From: Octopus bimaculoides
Lineage: Eukaryota
Assembly (NCBI RefSeq): GCF_001194135.2
Contig: NC_068988.1
Span: 17,425,517 to 17,474,386 of the forward strand
Direction of reading: 5' to 3'
Length of the DNA stretch: 48,870 nucleotides
Positions 11,644 to 25,321 of this stretch are shown here, piece after piece (position 1 is the stretch's first letter; every line of letters starts with the position of its first letter). Under the pieces are notes generated by a model that was given only the letters and a program-made list of their open reading frames with translations, made no database searches and was not told the origin of the DNA. Position numbers and translations under genes: made by a program.

Positions 11644-11721
11644 GCGTCCCCTAGGGAACTGTTCTGGGTTCATAACTGTTCATAATAGCCCTCTTAAACA
11701 TGCTCACGGTCACTTGGACGC
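11644..11721 (+). mobile_element. Second, inverted copy of the LINE RT GVPQG segment
   Basis: gcgtcccctagggaactgttctggg...ctgttcataatagccctctta is the reverse complement of 11536-11588 with a few mismatches; it runs into the gap. Confidence 0.8.
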
Positions 11722-12295
11722 NNNNNNNNNNNNNNNNNNNNNNNNNNNNNNNNNNNNNNNNNNNNNNNNNNNNNNNNNNNNNNNNNNNNNNNNNNNNNNN
11801 NNNNNNNNNNNNNNNNNNNNNNNNNNNNNNNNNNNNNNNNNNNNNNNNNNNNNNNNNNNNNNNNNNNNNNNNNNNNNNNNNNNNNNNNNNNNNNNNNNNN
11901 NNNNNNNNNNNNNNNNNNNNNNNNNNNNNNNNNNNNNNNNNNNNNNNNNNNNNNNNNNNNNNNNNNNNNNNNNNNNNNNNNNNNNNNNNNNNNNNNNNNN
12001 NNNNNNNNNNNNNNNNNNNNNNNNNNNNNNNNNNNNNNNNNNNNNNNNNNNNNNNNNNNNNNNNNNNNNNNNNNNNNNNNNNNNNNNNNNNNNNNNNNNN
12101 NNNNNNNNNNNNNNNNNNNNNNNNNNNNNNNNNNNNNNNNNNNNNNNNNNNNNNNNNNNNNNNNNNNNNNNNNNNNNNNNNNNNNNNNNNNNNNNNNNNN
12201 NNNNNNNNNNNNNNNNNNNNNNNNNNNNNNNNNNNNNNNNNNNNNNNNNNNNNNNNNNNNNNNNNNNNNNNNNNNNNNNNNNNNNNNNNNNNNNN
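11722..12295. other. Assembly gap (N-run)
   Basis: Run of N. Confidence 1.
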
Positions 12296-12335
<40 letters not shown>

Positions 12336-12930
12336 TAGATAAATAAATTGATAGATAGATAGTTAGATAGATAGATATAGATAGATAGCTCATGATCTAA
12401 AATGTTGAAGAAACTAACTTTCTCTTGTATATAATATGTGTGTGTTTGTGTGTGTGTCTGTGTGTGTGTGTGTATATGTGTGTGAGTATACACACGCACA
12501 TAAAACACATAAACACACATTTATAGACACACACAAAAAAAGGAGAGAGAGAAGAGAGTGGGGATTAGAGGGAGTACAAGTAGTATGTTTATGAGAAATC
12601 AATATCAACCCTAGTTATCAAAGAACGACAGAAACTTTGTAATAACTAACTCGCACAAACAGGAGCAACCACCACCATCACTACCGCCCCAACCATTACA
12701 TCTGACGCCACTGCTACCACAACTATCACCATGACAAATATCAGCACTATCACCAACACCATCAATAATGTACACCTGTGTTCACAACATATGCAACAGT
12801 CGTACGCACATTAACACGACTGTTTTGCTGACGCCCACTGGGTTTGACATTTGGTCTATTGCACACAGTAGCCGTGTCTCAAATACGTGTGTGAGTGCGT
12901 ATGTGTGCGCATAAGCACACACACACACAT

Positions 12931-12973
<43 letters not shown>

Positions 12974-13087
12974 ATACACACACACACACAAACACTCACA
13001 CAGATGTACATGTGTGTTTGAAATATGCACATCTATCCGTCTATTTCTTTACCTATATATTAATATATATATAATTATCTATCCGTA

Positions 13088-13135
<48 letters not shown>

Positions 13136-13203
13136 CATATACATCTGTCAGTTTATCTCTATCTCTCTCACTCTCTCTCTCTCTCTCTCTCTCTCTGTAT
13201 ATA

Positions 13204-13342
13204 NNNNNNNNNNNNNNNNNNNNNNNNNNNNNNNNNNNNNNNNNNNNNNNNNNNNNNNNNNNNNNNNNNNNNNNNNNNNNNNNNNNNNNNNNNNNNNNNN
13301 NNNNNNNNNNNNNNNNNNNNNNNNNNNNNNNNNNNNNNNNNN
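13204..13342. other. Assembly gap (N-run) within (TC)n/(TA)n
   Basis: Run of N. Confidence 1.
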
Positions 13343-13411
<69 letters not shown>

Positions 13412-13420
13412 CGCATATGC

Positions 13421-13830
13421 GCAGGCGTGGCTGTGTGGTAAGAAGTTTGCTTGCTAGTAGCATAGTTTCATGTTCAAGATCGATGCGTGGCATCTTGGCC
13501 AAGTGTCTCCTACTATAGCATCGGGCCGATTATTACCTTATTTTTGAATTTCTAGACAGAAATAGCGAAGATCGTCGTATATACATACATACATAGATAC
13601 ATAGATACATACATACATACATACATAATTACATATATACACATACACATGTATTAAATACACACATACACATATATACATATATGTGTGTATGTGAGTG
13701 TATGTGTGCGTGCTGTGTGTGTGTTCCCAAACACCGGTTGATAACTGGTGGTAGTTTATGTATATCCCCTTAAATTAGTGATTCGACAAATGGAGCTCGA
13801 CAGAATAAGTTCTCGGCTTTTAAAATATAA
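13421..13830 (+). mobile_element. SINE family A, diverged, with expanded central (TACA)n tract
   Basis: gcaggcgtggctgtgtggtaagaagtttgc head; body resumes at about 13720. Confidence 0.75.
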
Positions 13831-14130
13831 AGCAAATATTGAGGCGGGGTAATGATTGGAAAGTAAGTAAATATAAAAAATCTGTGTGTGTGTGTGTGTG
13901 TGTGTGGTGTTTGCGCATGTATATCTATGTATCTAATATATATATAAGTGTATTCACACACGCACACACACACACATCGGTATTATATCAAAGTTGCAAA
14001 TCCAACAGTTACAAACCGATCTAGTTGAAACATATGTGGCCAATAAGAAGCCGTATATAAATCAAAATGTAAATTAAAATTCATGAAATGCTATTTCATC
14101 ATATTCCTTATTATTATTATTATTATTATT

Positions 14131-14218
14131 GACTGAGAGAGCAGGGCATGCCATCAAAGTGACACTGGGGTAAAATATACGAAGCCCAGTTTACCCATCA
14201 TGACTACCCGTATATACA

Positions 14219-14252
<34 letters not shown>

Positions 14253-14790
14253 CATAGATACATACATACATAATTACATATATACACATACACATGTATT
14301 AAATACACACATACACATATATGTGTGTATGTGAGTGTATGTGTGCGTGCTGTGTGTGTGTTTCCAACACATCGCAACCATATGTGCGCGACATAGTGGT
14401 CTCATATCAAGATAAACAGCGCATGACCTTGCAGGTGGGGCCCAGTTAGAATTTTCTTCAGGTCGCGTAGCCCACCCCGCTCAAAATATCCTTGAATAAA
14501 GGTTGTTTGAGGATGTCGAATGAAATACTCATGTTTCCAAAGGTGATTTATCCAAACCCCAAAGCATTCCTCTCAACACGTTACTATGATGCTGCCCCAC
14601 TACTTCTGCTCGTGATCAGAGATGCCCATATCATCAGCCACCAAGGGACATGCTCAACTGGTTATGGTCAAACAACTGACAAGCAAATCTATGGTATTGA
14701 GCAGGATATTTGCTGTAGCCCATCTCTTATACCAAAACAAAACAATGTACATTACAGCACCTCCAATTTAGCAACTGACAAGCAAATCTG
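14131..14790 (-). mobile_element. Unclassified (TAA)n-flanked repeat (family D), interrupted
   Basis: Same sequence as 33031-33550 and 31414-31530 (gag-gagagagcag-gcatgccatcaaagtgacactggggtaaaatatac...); (ATT)n on both sides; no ORF. Confidence 0.8.
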
Positions 14791-14825
14791 TGGTATTTTT
14801 ATTATTATTTATTATTATTATTATT

Positions 14826-14918
14826 TTATGTTTGACTTTTGTTTTGCATTTGTACAAGTTGGATCCAAGTCTCACCCAGAGACCTCAAGAGACAACAAGT
14901 TAGAAGTTCATGTAGGTG

Positions 14919-14925
<7 letters not shown>
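14826..14925 (-). mobile_element. Short 3' UTR fragment of a probable R4/Dong-type element within (TAA)n
   Basis: Minus strand gaggtctctgggtgagacttgga...aaaagtcaaacat followed by (AAT)n; TAA repeats on both sides. Confidence 0.45.
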
Positions 14926-14951
<26 letters not shown>

Positions 14952-15029
14952 GTTGTTGTTGTTGTTGTTTTATGTTGTTGTTGTTCATAGACACATAATA
15001 TAATATAGCAACATCGCCCCACGGTACGA

Positions 15030-15180
15030 CGATGACCACCATCATCATCATCATCATCATCGACATCCTGATCCTCATTTCCATCCTCATCATCATTGTT
15101 GCCGTCATCGTCCTCCTCCTCTTCATCATCATCTTTATCAGCATCTTGAACACCGTCATCATCGCACCACTGGTAGCATT
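15030..15180. repeat. (CAT)/(CCT) trinucleotide low-complexity tract
   Basis: Imperfect catcatcat/cctcctcct repeats. Confidence 0.9.
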
Positions 15181-16189
15181 ATTATTACAAGTAACCTAAT
15201 TTCGAGACAGCAACTGAAAACTGAACGCGGTCGTAAGTTTTGTTTAAAAAATGGCGACCAAAAATCGACCATCAAGTCAAATCATTCATTTCCCATAAGC
15301 ACTGATGCGTTCATCGGTGGGCTGGACTTTGAGAGATTACTTTTGAACATCGGTCAGATGAATCAGGTTTGACCTGAGCCTAAACATCAGCGTAACTTAC
15401 TAGTAATACGTTACTAAGCAGTTAAGCCAGCCACAATAATATGCAGCACTAACACCAATAACAACAAGGGAGTATCCACGACAGTACCAACAATTAAAAA
15501 GCTCTGACTAATGACGGATCTCTATGCGGTCCATCAACTTGCTAGAAATAGCACCTAAATCTTACTCAAATCACATAGTGCTAGGCAAAGCTAGAAAAGC
15601 CAAAACAATTTGATTGCCATAGGTGGAATAATTTTTTTACCATATGTCTGTTTGATATGGTGTGATGCTGGGCTAAACAAAACATGAAACAACAACAGCA
15701 ACGAAGTTTTACAACAGAAATCGGTGAGTTAGTACAAACGTTAGGGCGTTGTCTACTCCTTTTGACACTCAGCTCTCTGATTCCAAATCACATCGAGGTC
15801 AGTTTTTACTTTCAGCCTTTCGTGTTTGATAAAAATATACTAATCCAGGTTGGTGGATTTGTAGAACTGTAAACATTCTCGATCAAATGTTTTTTACAGT
15901 ATTTATTTAATTCATTTGCATTTTAATTTTAAATCTTTCTGTTAGCCTTCTTGAGGAGGCGCCGTAAGGTAATAAAAGTATTGTCTTTTCTCCTGACTGA
16001 AAGAATATAACAATCAGCAACAATAACAAAGAGAAATATAATAATAGCTGCAACAACAATAACAACAATAATTACTGCAATAAGTGCAACTGCCGTGACA
16101 ACAAAAGCAGCGCCAAAATAAACGTTAGGAACAATTGAATTGCAACGAAGTATCACAACAATAATTGGAATTCCATCGGTTAGAATGAC

Positions 16190-16497
16190 AAGAGTTCCAG
16201 TTGATCTAATCAACGGAATAGCCTGCTCGTGAAATTAACGTGTAAGTGGCTGAGTACTCCACAAACACGAGTATCCTTAATGTAGTTCTCAGCGAGATTC
16301 AGCGTGACCTAGACTGTGACAGGGATGGCCCTTTGAAATACGGGTGCAAATCGAGTTTGTTAGCTGAGTGGACTGACTGGAGCAACGTGAAGTAAGGTGC
16401 TTTGCTGAGGATCCGAACTCAAAGATCTGCCTGGATCCGAACTCGCGACTTTATGGTCGTGAGCCGTATACTCTAATCACTAAGCCACGCACCTTCA
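16190..16497 (-). mobile_element. tRNA-derived SINE sharing the family C 3' domain
   Basis: gttccagttgatc...gcctgctcgtgaaattaacgtg-aagtggctgag matches 39650-39760; tRNA-like head reversed at 16440-16497. Confidence 0.8.
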
Positions 16498-16499
16498 CA

Positions 16500-17770
16500 A
16501 CACAACAATAACAACACCAAATGATTCTATTAAAGAAACATTTGACTATCATCATCATCATCATCACTATAAGCACCACCACCTCCACTAATAGTACCAT
16601 TCCTAGCCTCTATTATTGCCCTAATCACCATCAGTATTACTACCACCACCAACAACAACAACAATAACAACAACAACAACAGCGCGTCTAGCATGATCAT
16701 GAATACCACTATCATCATCACCTTCGTCATGAACTCCACACCATCATCGGCAGTAGCAGCAGCAGTAGCAGCAGCAGTAGCACCAACTTCACCAAATGTC
16801 GGTCACTTCGATTATCACAACTAACGCTCTGAGCATCATCAGAACAACCACCATCACCAACACACTAACCACAACCATCACCAACATCACTATCATCACC
16901 ATTGTTATCCCTATCAGAACCATCGTCACCCTCTACCACCTTCACCATCACCAGCATCATCATTAACACCGAAACGACCAGCATCATTATCGTCGTCGTC
17001 GTCGTCGTCGTCGTCAACATCATCATTGTTATCATCGCCAGCATCGCATTTCTTACCATAATTATTTGGAGTCGATTTAATCGAGCACTCCTTACCTCGC
17101 CCATGTTCTGGCTTGGTGCCTATATCACAAATTATTTTTCTCATCAGCATCAGCATCATCATCATCATCATCATCATCGACACCATCATCATCACCATCT
17201 CCATCATCATCATCATCAGCAACAGCATCACCAGCAACATTTACTACCATTGAATCTGTCACAACCATCATCATCATCATCATCATTATAGCTATACTGG
17301 CAGAGCTAGTAGAGTACCTTGCTGTATTTATTTAATTACAGCCCTCTATACACCGAGTTCACATCTGGCCCGAGGTCAACTTTGCCTTTCTATCCCCATC
17401 TTGGGATCGATAGGTGCAAAAGTACCGGCAAAATACTGACATGGTTTTGTATTGCTATATTAAATTCTAAAAAGGAATGAAATTCTAATTGCAGACCATG
17501 GTCACTACCATTATCATCATCATCATCGTCATCATCATCAGGTCATTATCGTCACTATGTCGTTCATCATCTCCACCATATACCATAACCATCACCTTCA
17601 CCCTCACCACCACCACCACCAACACCAACATCATCATGATTACCAATAACATCATTATTACCACTACCATCACCATCAGCCCACCCTCCATCAGCACCAC
17701 CGTCTAACTTTATTAACTTCATTGTTCTTTCGTTAAAATTATCATTACTTTTCTCTCCCCACCTCAACAG
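16500..17770. repeat. Long compound (CAT/CAC/CAA/CGT)n low-complexity region with a SINE family B remnant at about 17330-17450
   Basis: Imperfect trinucleotide arrays that generate the poly-H/poly-M/poly-D pseudo-ORFs. Confidence 0.9.
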
Positions 17771-17799
17771 CAGTCATATTACATATAGAGTGTGTGTGC

Positions 17800-17836
<37 letters not shown>

Positions 17837-18511
17837 NNNNNNNNNNNNNNNNNNNNNNNNNNNNNNNNNNNNNNNNNNNNNNNNNNNNNNNNNNNNNNNN
17901 NNNNNNNNNNNNNNNNNNNNNNNNNNNNNNNNNNNNNNNNNNNNNNNNNNNNNNNNNNNNNNNNNNNNNNNNNNNNNNNNNNNNNNNNNNNNNNNNNNNN
18001 NNNNNNNNNNNNNNNNNNNNNNNNNNNNNNNNNNNNNNNNNNNNNNNNNNNNNNNNNNNNNNNNNNNNNNNNNNNNNNNNNNNNNNNNNNNNNNNNNNNN
18101 NNNNNNNNNNNNNNNNNNNNNNNNNNNNNNNNNNNNNNNNNNNNNNNNNNNNNNNNNNNNNNNNNNNNNNNNNNNNNNNNNNNNNNNNNNNNNNNNNNNN
18201 NNNNNNNNNNNNNNNNNNNNNNNNNNNNNNNNNNNNNNNNNNNNNNNNNNNNNNNNNNNNNNNNNNNNNNNNNNNNNNNNNNNNNNNNNNNNNNNNNNNN
18301 NNNNNNNNNNNNNNNNNNNNNNNNNNNNNNNNNNNNNNNNNNNNNNNNNNNNNNNNNNNNNNNNNNNNNNNNNNNNNNNNNNNNNNNNNNNNNNNNNNNN
18401 NNNNNNNNNNNNNNNNNNNNNNNNNNNNNNNNNNNNNNNNNNNNNNNNNNNNNNNNNNNNNNNNNNNNNNNNNNNNNNNNNNNNNNNNNNNNNNNNNNNN
18501 NNNNNNNNNNN
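17837..18511. other. Assembly gap (N-run) within (TA)n
   Basis: Run of N. Confidence 1.
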
Positions 18512-18555
<44 letters not shown>

Positions 18556-19800
18556 TAAGAAAAACAATACAAACGTGAACAACAAAACAATAGCAATTAA
18601 CAAAAATGACAAAATGAACAATAATCTCTTCAAAGTATAACAACACCAATGACAGCAACAACGATATCAACAACACCGATGAGACATCTAGAAATTGTTG
18701 AAATGATCAGACAAAGTGTTAGAAATAACAGCTAAATCCCCTCAGATCTCATACTTCACTTGTTTTTTTTTTTTTTGTACTATCCATTTTCTTACGGAAC
18801 ACGTTTGCATGAGGTAACTGTAATCTCCGAAATACAAATATAAAACAAAATGGGAGGGTCACGGTTGGAATGCTTTTGATCATTGGTGTGTTTGATCAAG
18901 CCTGACTCGGAGGAAGGTGCTTAGCAGCAAAAACCCCCACAACAAGAACACCAACGGCGAGTAAAACAATGGGTTTGAATAACAATAACTATATCAACAG
19001 TCTGTGCAACAGTAGCGCATAGACGTTAAAGTAAACAAGATAATTATTTATATTCGTAACATTAACAACACTAAAGGTAAAAAAAAAAAATGCAATAACA
19101 TCATTCATCATCATCATCAACAACAATATCATCATCAACGGTGGCAACAACATCCAGAACAACAACAACAACTGCCAGCCAACCACCTTACCAACCGTGT
19201 ATTCACCAAGCGCTTGGTTTGTCGAGCGAGCTTTTAGCGCTGCTTCGTCTCGCAACTTAGTCGCGCAATCTCTCACGCACACACTCATTCCTTCATTCTG
19301 TTATTCCTCTCTCACTCATATTCTTTTTTCGCCACCACAGACATTCTTGCATTTTGCTTCTTTTTTTTTTAATTCTCACACTACTTACTCCAAGAATATA
19401 TAAATACATATATATATATATAAAAAAAATATATATATGTCTATATATATATATCTATATATATATATTAAAATACATATATGCCTATATATTTATACAA
19501 ATATGTTTATTCTTTTATTCTCTCTTAGTACCTCTTTCTCTTACATATTTACCGTATCACCTTATCTCACTTAGGTACTCAATCTCCTCTCACTCCTCAG
19601 TGTCAGTCACTCACTTATATACACACACGCATATATACACATTTATATTCCAAACGCTTCTTAAAAATCATTCACAAGCGTTTCACTATTTTTCTCTTTT
19701 CGCCATCCCCTCTTTCTTTCGCGTATATCGTTTCACCTTATCTCATGTACACACACGCACACATACTCTCTTTCTCTCTCTCTCTCACTCTTTCTCTTCC

Positions 19801-19842
<42 letters not shown>

Positions 19843-20191
19843 AACTTACACACACAGGCACAAACACGCACTCTTGTTACCGTTCCCTCATACACATGTC
19901 CACACGCATCTATCAACACAGACACATGCACACATTCATGCAATCAAACACGCACATACACAGACACTCACACACGCAAAACCATACAGTCAGCTGTGCA
20001 TCAGCTTTGGCTTTCTTATTCTTCTCTCTCTTCCGTGAGAGAGAGATATACAGTTTATTTATGTGTGTATATGTGTTAAATTGTATGGTTGCCGCTAAAA
20101 TCGGTGGCGACTTTCATAATTAACGGAATGGATTACAACAGGACACTTTACAACAGTTAAGTGACACATAACCAAGAGAGGCAAATTAACC

Positions 20192-20289
20192 ATGAAACAC
20201 GCCGACAAGACACAGGTTTTGTTGTTGGAGAACCTTCGGATTATATCGGAACATCGGAGGCGTTCCATAGCTGAGAACTTGACGTATAG
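20192..20289 (+). CDS. Candidate first coding exon, unidentified protein (MKHADKTQVLLLENLRIISEHRRRSIAENLTY, phase 2)
   Basis: aaccATGa start, 32 open codons in non-repetitive balanced-GC sequence, ending at a consensus donor AG|GTAAGT. No downstream exon found in the window. Confidence 0.35.
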
Positions 20290-20556
20290 GTAAGTTAGAC
20301 ATCACTAAATATAATATGATATAATATAATATATTATATTATACACACATACACACACACATATTATATATACACACATATGTATGTATATATGGAGAGA
20401 TAGGTACATACACAAACAGAATAAACAGATACAAAACCATAACAGCTACAAACGAATAGCGGATATATGTGTGTATATATGAAAGCATGTAAACAGACAT
20501 GTGTATAATGTATGGGTTTGTATAAACATATATATGCCTGTATATATGTGTGTATA

Positions 20557-20633
<77 letters not shown>

Positions 20634-20781
20634 NNNNNNNNNNNNNNNNNNNNNNNNNNNNNNNNNNNNNNNNNNNNNNNNNNNNNNNNNNNNNNNNNNN
20701 NNNNNNNNNNNNNNNNNNNNNNNNNNNNNNNNNNNNNNNNNNNNNNNNNNNNNNNNNNNNNNNNNNNNNNNNNNNNNNNNN
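20634..20781. other. Assembly gap (N-run) within (TA)n
   Basis: Run of N. Confidence 1.
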
Positions 20782-20860
<79 letters not shown>

Positions 20861-21967
20861 TGTATATGTATGTATATAAATGTACATATGTGCATATATT
20901 TAGTTAGATATATAGATATACATACAACCATGCTCATTAAAAGCTACATAAACGTATATGTATATACATGTTTATGTATTTGGTATAATGACTCTCCTTA
21001 GACAACAATATTTATGTATATACGCAATTTTACACGTGTATACATGTTTGTGGACGTTTGTACCAAAACAAACTAATATGAATATATATTTATATATATA
21101 TATACTAACACCTACCTGAATACAGGAGTGTTAGGAGGTAGTTATAATTATACACATCACCAAGTCGCTTCAAATACGTCTAGACTTACCTGGCCATCGC
21201 TACGTGTGTGTGTATATATATATATATATATTATAGCCATACGTACATAAATATACATCCACGTAAATAATTGATATATACGTATATATACTTCAATCGA
21301 CCTGTTTTTTTTTTCTTCTCTTCTTGTCTAAACATCAGATTTTGCAATTACCTGTATAGCCACAGACACGCCTCCATACACGCGCAGGCTTCAAACATAT
21401 ATATATTCAGGTACTCCAAACTACCTGACACCCTCAAACATGTGCGTATGTGTACGCAGCATGTGTCAACCCGAAACAAGCAAATCTTTTCTCCAGCCGT
21501 GACATTCCTGGTTGGTTTTGATACATATTGTACGTAGGAGTAATGTGACCGATGTGAGACAATTAGTTAACTGAGTGCATAGTTGTGTGGTTATGTACAG
21601 GTTTCTGTAATACTAGTGTGAAGACTTACTGTAGTAAACCTGGCCTGCTAGATATAATAACACATTCGCCCTCAAATAACACCATGCTGTTTTAAAAGAA
21701 ATAACACACTATCTGTATGTGATATTGAATATACCCATGCAAAAATTTACAAGTATACAAATAAATAAAATAAACATGTATGTCGTGTCTGGAACGTCTT
21801 TCATGTTTGGTTCACTCGATCAGGAGTGACTTAGAAAACTTCATATTCGTATAACATCATTCTATTTATCCCTAACTCACCCACTTCTCTCTTCATTTCT
21901 TATTCTTTTTCTCTTTTCTCTCTATCTCTCTCTATCTCTCTCTTTGCTCTCTCTCTCTCTCACTTTA

Positions 21968-22003
<36 letters not shown>

Positions 22004-22155
22004 TACACTTTCTTTCTTTCTCTTCCTCTCTCTCTCTTTCTACGTTTTTTATATATTTGTTTCCTTTCGAATAATAGTTTTACTTCTTGTCTCTGAGAAA
22101 TCCAGGTTTGTCCAGAAATATATCAAACATGCATAATAATAATAATAATGATAAT

Positions 22156-22190
<35 letters not shown>

Positions 22191-22577
22191 TACCATCAAA
22201 ATGTACAATCATGCTTATATACATACACACATACGCATATGTTTGTGTGTGTGTGAGTACGTGTGCGTGTATTCATGTGTGTATTTGGGTGTGTGCATAT
22301 AGATATATATATAGTTTATTCTTAAACAAGATTATTGTTGACACTGATTTCGAGGTGTGGCTAGTTAGTCCATCGTGGCTTAACTGGCCGAAACATCGAA
22401 GTCACTGGCAGCAATACCCTTGTTTAAGAATAAACTTGTAATATACAAGAGTACAAACCAAACCTTGAAAATTTCCCTTCAGTACTTCCTGTTTTCACAT
22501 TTCGCTGTCAGATTACCGTATCTTACACTGTTAATAAAAATAATAAAGATATCGATAAGGCAAAGAAATGAAGAAAA

Positions 22578-22578
<1 letters not shown>

Positions 22579-22676
<98 letters not shown>

Positions 22677-22677
22677 G
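22579..22677. repeat. (ATT)n microsatellite
   Basis: Near-perfect ATT array. Confidence 0.95.
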
Positions 22678-22699
22678 AGCTGCCAGAATCAACAGAACT

Positions 22700-23010
22700 T
22701 CTTAAAATGCCTTGTGCTAATTGACGATCCCTGTCGAGATTACCTTTGATTTTGATCTTTTGACCCTTTGATCGATAGAATAAAGTACCTGTCAAGTAGT
22801 GGATCGGTGTACTCTACACACTACCTTCCCTCAAAACTGCTCCGCAAGTGCCAATGTTGGAAACCATTAATAAAACATAGGCGGTGAATGGCAAAGTTAA
22901 ATAGTATCGGACAAAATGCCTTCTGGTATTTCTTTCTATTCAGTACATTATGGGTTAAAATCTGACCGAGGTCAACTTTGCTTTCATCTATCCGATGTTG
23001 ATAGCATATA
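22700..23010 (+). mobile_element. Two diverged tandem SINE family B copies
   Basis: aggcggtgaatggcaaag...gacaaaatgcc...accgaggtcaactttgctttcatc and an upstream 3' half. Confidence 0.6.
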
Positions 23011-23020
23011 GTACTTAAGC

Positions 23021-23183
23021 GCAGGCGTGGCTGTGTGGTAAGAAGCTTGCTTCCCAACCACGGCTCTGGGTTCAGTCACACTGCGTAGGACCTCGGGCAA
23101 GTGTCTTCTACTATAGCCTTGGACTGACCAATACCATGTGATTGGATTTAGTAGAAGCATACTGAAAAAGCCTATCGTATATG

Positions 23184-23221
<38 letters not shown>

Positions 23222-23415
23222 GCCCCACCACTATCACTCGACAACCGATGTTGGTGTGTTTGCGTCCCCGTAACTTAGCGGTTCGGCAAAAGTCACCGAT
23301 AGAATAACTACCAGGCTAACAAAGAATAAGTCCAGGGATCGATTTGTTCGACTAAAAGGCGGTGCTCCAGCATGGTCTCAGTCAAATAACTGAAATAAAT
23401 AAAAGAATGAAAGAA
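23021..23415 (+). mobile_element. SINE family A, full length
   Basis: Colinear with 7851-8247. Confidence 0.9.
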
Positions 23416-23669
23416 CACTAATCAAGACAATAGTATTGACTTAACTCCTGCCCCGCTAAAACTGTTGGCCGTGTGCCTAAATTTGAAACAATTGTTATCT
23501 TATTATCGTGCTTTAGCACAACAGCTTGCTGGAGAATGTAACAAGTGTCAGCTGTCCACAACAAGAAGATTAAAGTTTACGCTTTTCGTTCAGGCTTCTC
23601 GAAATATGCAAAGCATTTGTGATGTTCCACTTAGAACTGCTTTCTATAGATCCACTATCTCCACCAGTT

Positions 23670-23861
23670 GGAAGAATCGTTAGCACGTCGGACAAAATGC
23701 TTTGTGACATTTCGTCCGTTTTTATCTTCCACGTTCAAATTCCTCCAAAATGACTTTGCTTTTCGTCAGTTAGAGTTCAATGAAATAAATACACGGATCG
23801 AAGAAATCAACTTATGCCCCCCCCCCCAGGTCTGCTGTCCTTGAGACCAAATTTGAAACCG

Positions 23862-23912
<51 letters not shown>

Positions 23913-23915
23913 GTT
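23670..23915 (+). mobile_element. SINE family B with (ATT)n tail
   Basis: agaatcgttagcacgtcggacaaaatgc...ttcaaattcc... ending in an (ATT)n tail. Confidence 0.75.
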
Positions 23916-24196
23916 GTTGTTGTGCAAGCTCTCCTTTTGGGATCAATAGAATATAGTGCCACTGAAGAACTATTGTCAATGTACTCAACTTGTTCCCTTC
24001 CCTTTGAAATTCCAAGCCTTGTGACAAAATTAGGAAGAATTATTATGCATGTTCTCCATCATATAAATACTTTTATTCTTCATTTAATTTTTTTTTTAAT
24101 TTAAATTCCGTTATTTTGATTCTTTTTTCTTGTTGCTTTTGTTTCCTCACAGTTTCTTTTATTCTATATCTCTTCTTTTCTCTTTCTCTCTCTCTG

Positions 24197-24241
<45 letters not shown>

Positions 24242-25305
24242 TTAAATATTTCAATGTATTAACTATCCGCGCTCATTATTCGCTTTATTTCCTTCTTTTA
24301 TCTGATGACAGAAATGCTAGACCCGAGAGAAATCCTTACAGGTATTAAGTTTTATGTCTCTAAATTTGAAATCACTAACTTTTTCAACCTCCCGAGATCA
24401 ATAAAATCACAACCCACTTTTTTCAGCGGGGTCGATCGACCTAATTTACCCCCAATGCACCGAGAGAGCCTTCTTTGTGGACATTTAATCAGTTAAAAAT
24501 TGCAGCCACATACACTCCCCTCAAATCATACCGTCTTGAGATAAAGGACAAAAACATACGTTGTATAATGTAATTCTAAGAAGATAAGCGCATACTAAAC
24601 AGACGTCACAACCCTGGTTGAAACTGTACATTTTTACTTAAAAATATGCTCAATATGGTCTGACTTGAGGTTAAACAGCAATAACATTACGCATGTTTTT
24701 TTTTCCTTTAATTTGAATTTTAAAATATTAATTAGTGTTTTCATTACGCTCCCTTATTGACTCATTAATTATATTTCATGCTTTCTATGCCTTTATATTT
24801 CCTTTTAACTGAATTTACAAGGGAGTTGTCGTTCTTATTGTTGTTGCTGTTTTTATTGCTGCTGTTCATATAATTGTTGTTTAACTCCTCATCAGCGCCT
24901 GGATCGAGCTGTGGTTTCATCAATCCCGATAGATCTATGATCATCAGGTTGTTTTTTGGTATGTTATAGTGTCCCTTAGACTGCATTAACACATTGAACA
25001 ATGTGTCATCTCTTTGAAGATGTTACGGTATGATTTGAGGGAGATTCCGCTGCTATTTCTAACCAAGTCACTAAAATCACGTAGAGGATCCTTGATTAAG
25101 CATGCCAAGGATTTATATCTGTATGACAGGTAAAATGTCACAAGTGATATCACCAGAAATATCATGCTATCACTTACCTTCCTTTCACTCTAAATCTTCC
25201 CAGAAGATCACGTTAACATAATTGAAAGAACACGCACACACGTTACATATAAAGACACATTCTGTCTCTCCTAATATTTCTATCTGCCCACCTCCCGCAC
25301 ACCCA

Positions 25306-25321
25306 TACACACACACACACA

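Noticed and set aside
16865-17767. Poly-His/Met/Asp/Thr ORFs resembling low-complexity proteins
   Set aside because: Products of CAT/CAC/CAA microsatellite decay, open on both strands, with no splice or domain support.
24490-25075. Inverted pair of a short repeat (cagc...ccctcaaatcataccgt) about 500 bp apart that could be TIRs
   Set aside because: The same repeat occurs dispersed (about 975, 15540, 18720, 41845) and no TSD is visible, so chance adjacency is more likely.
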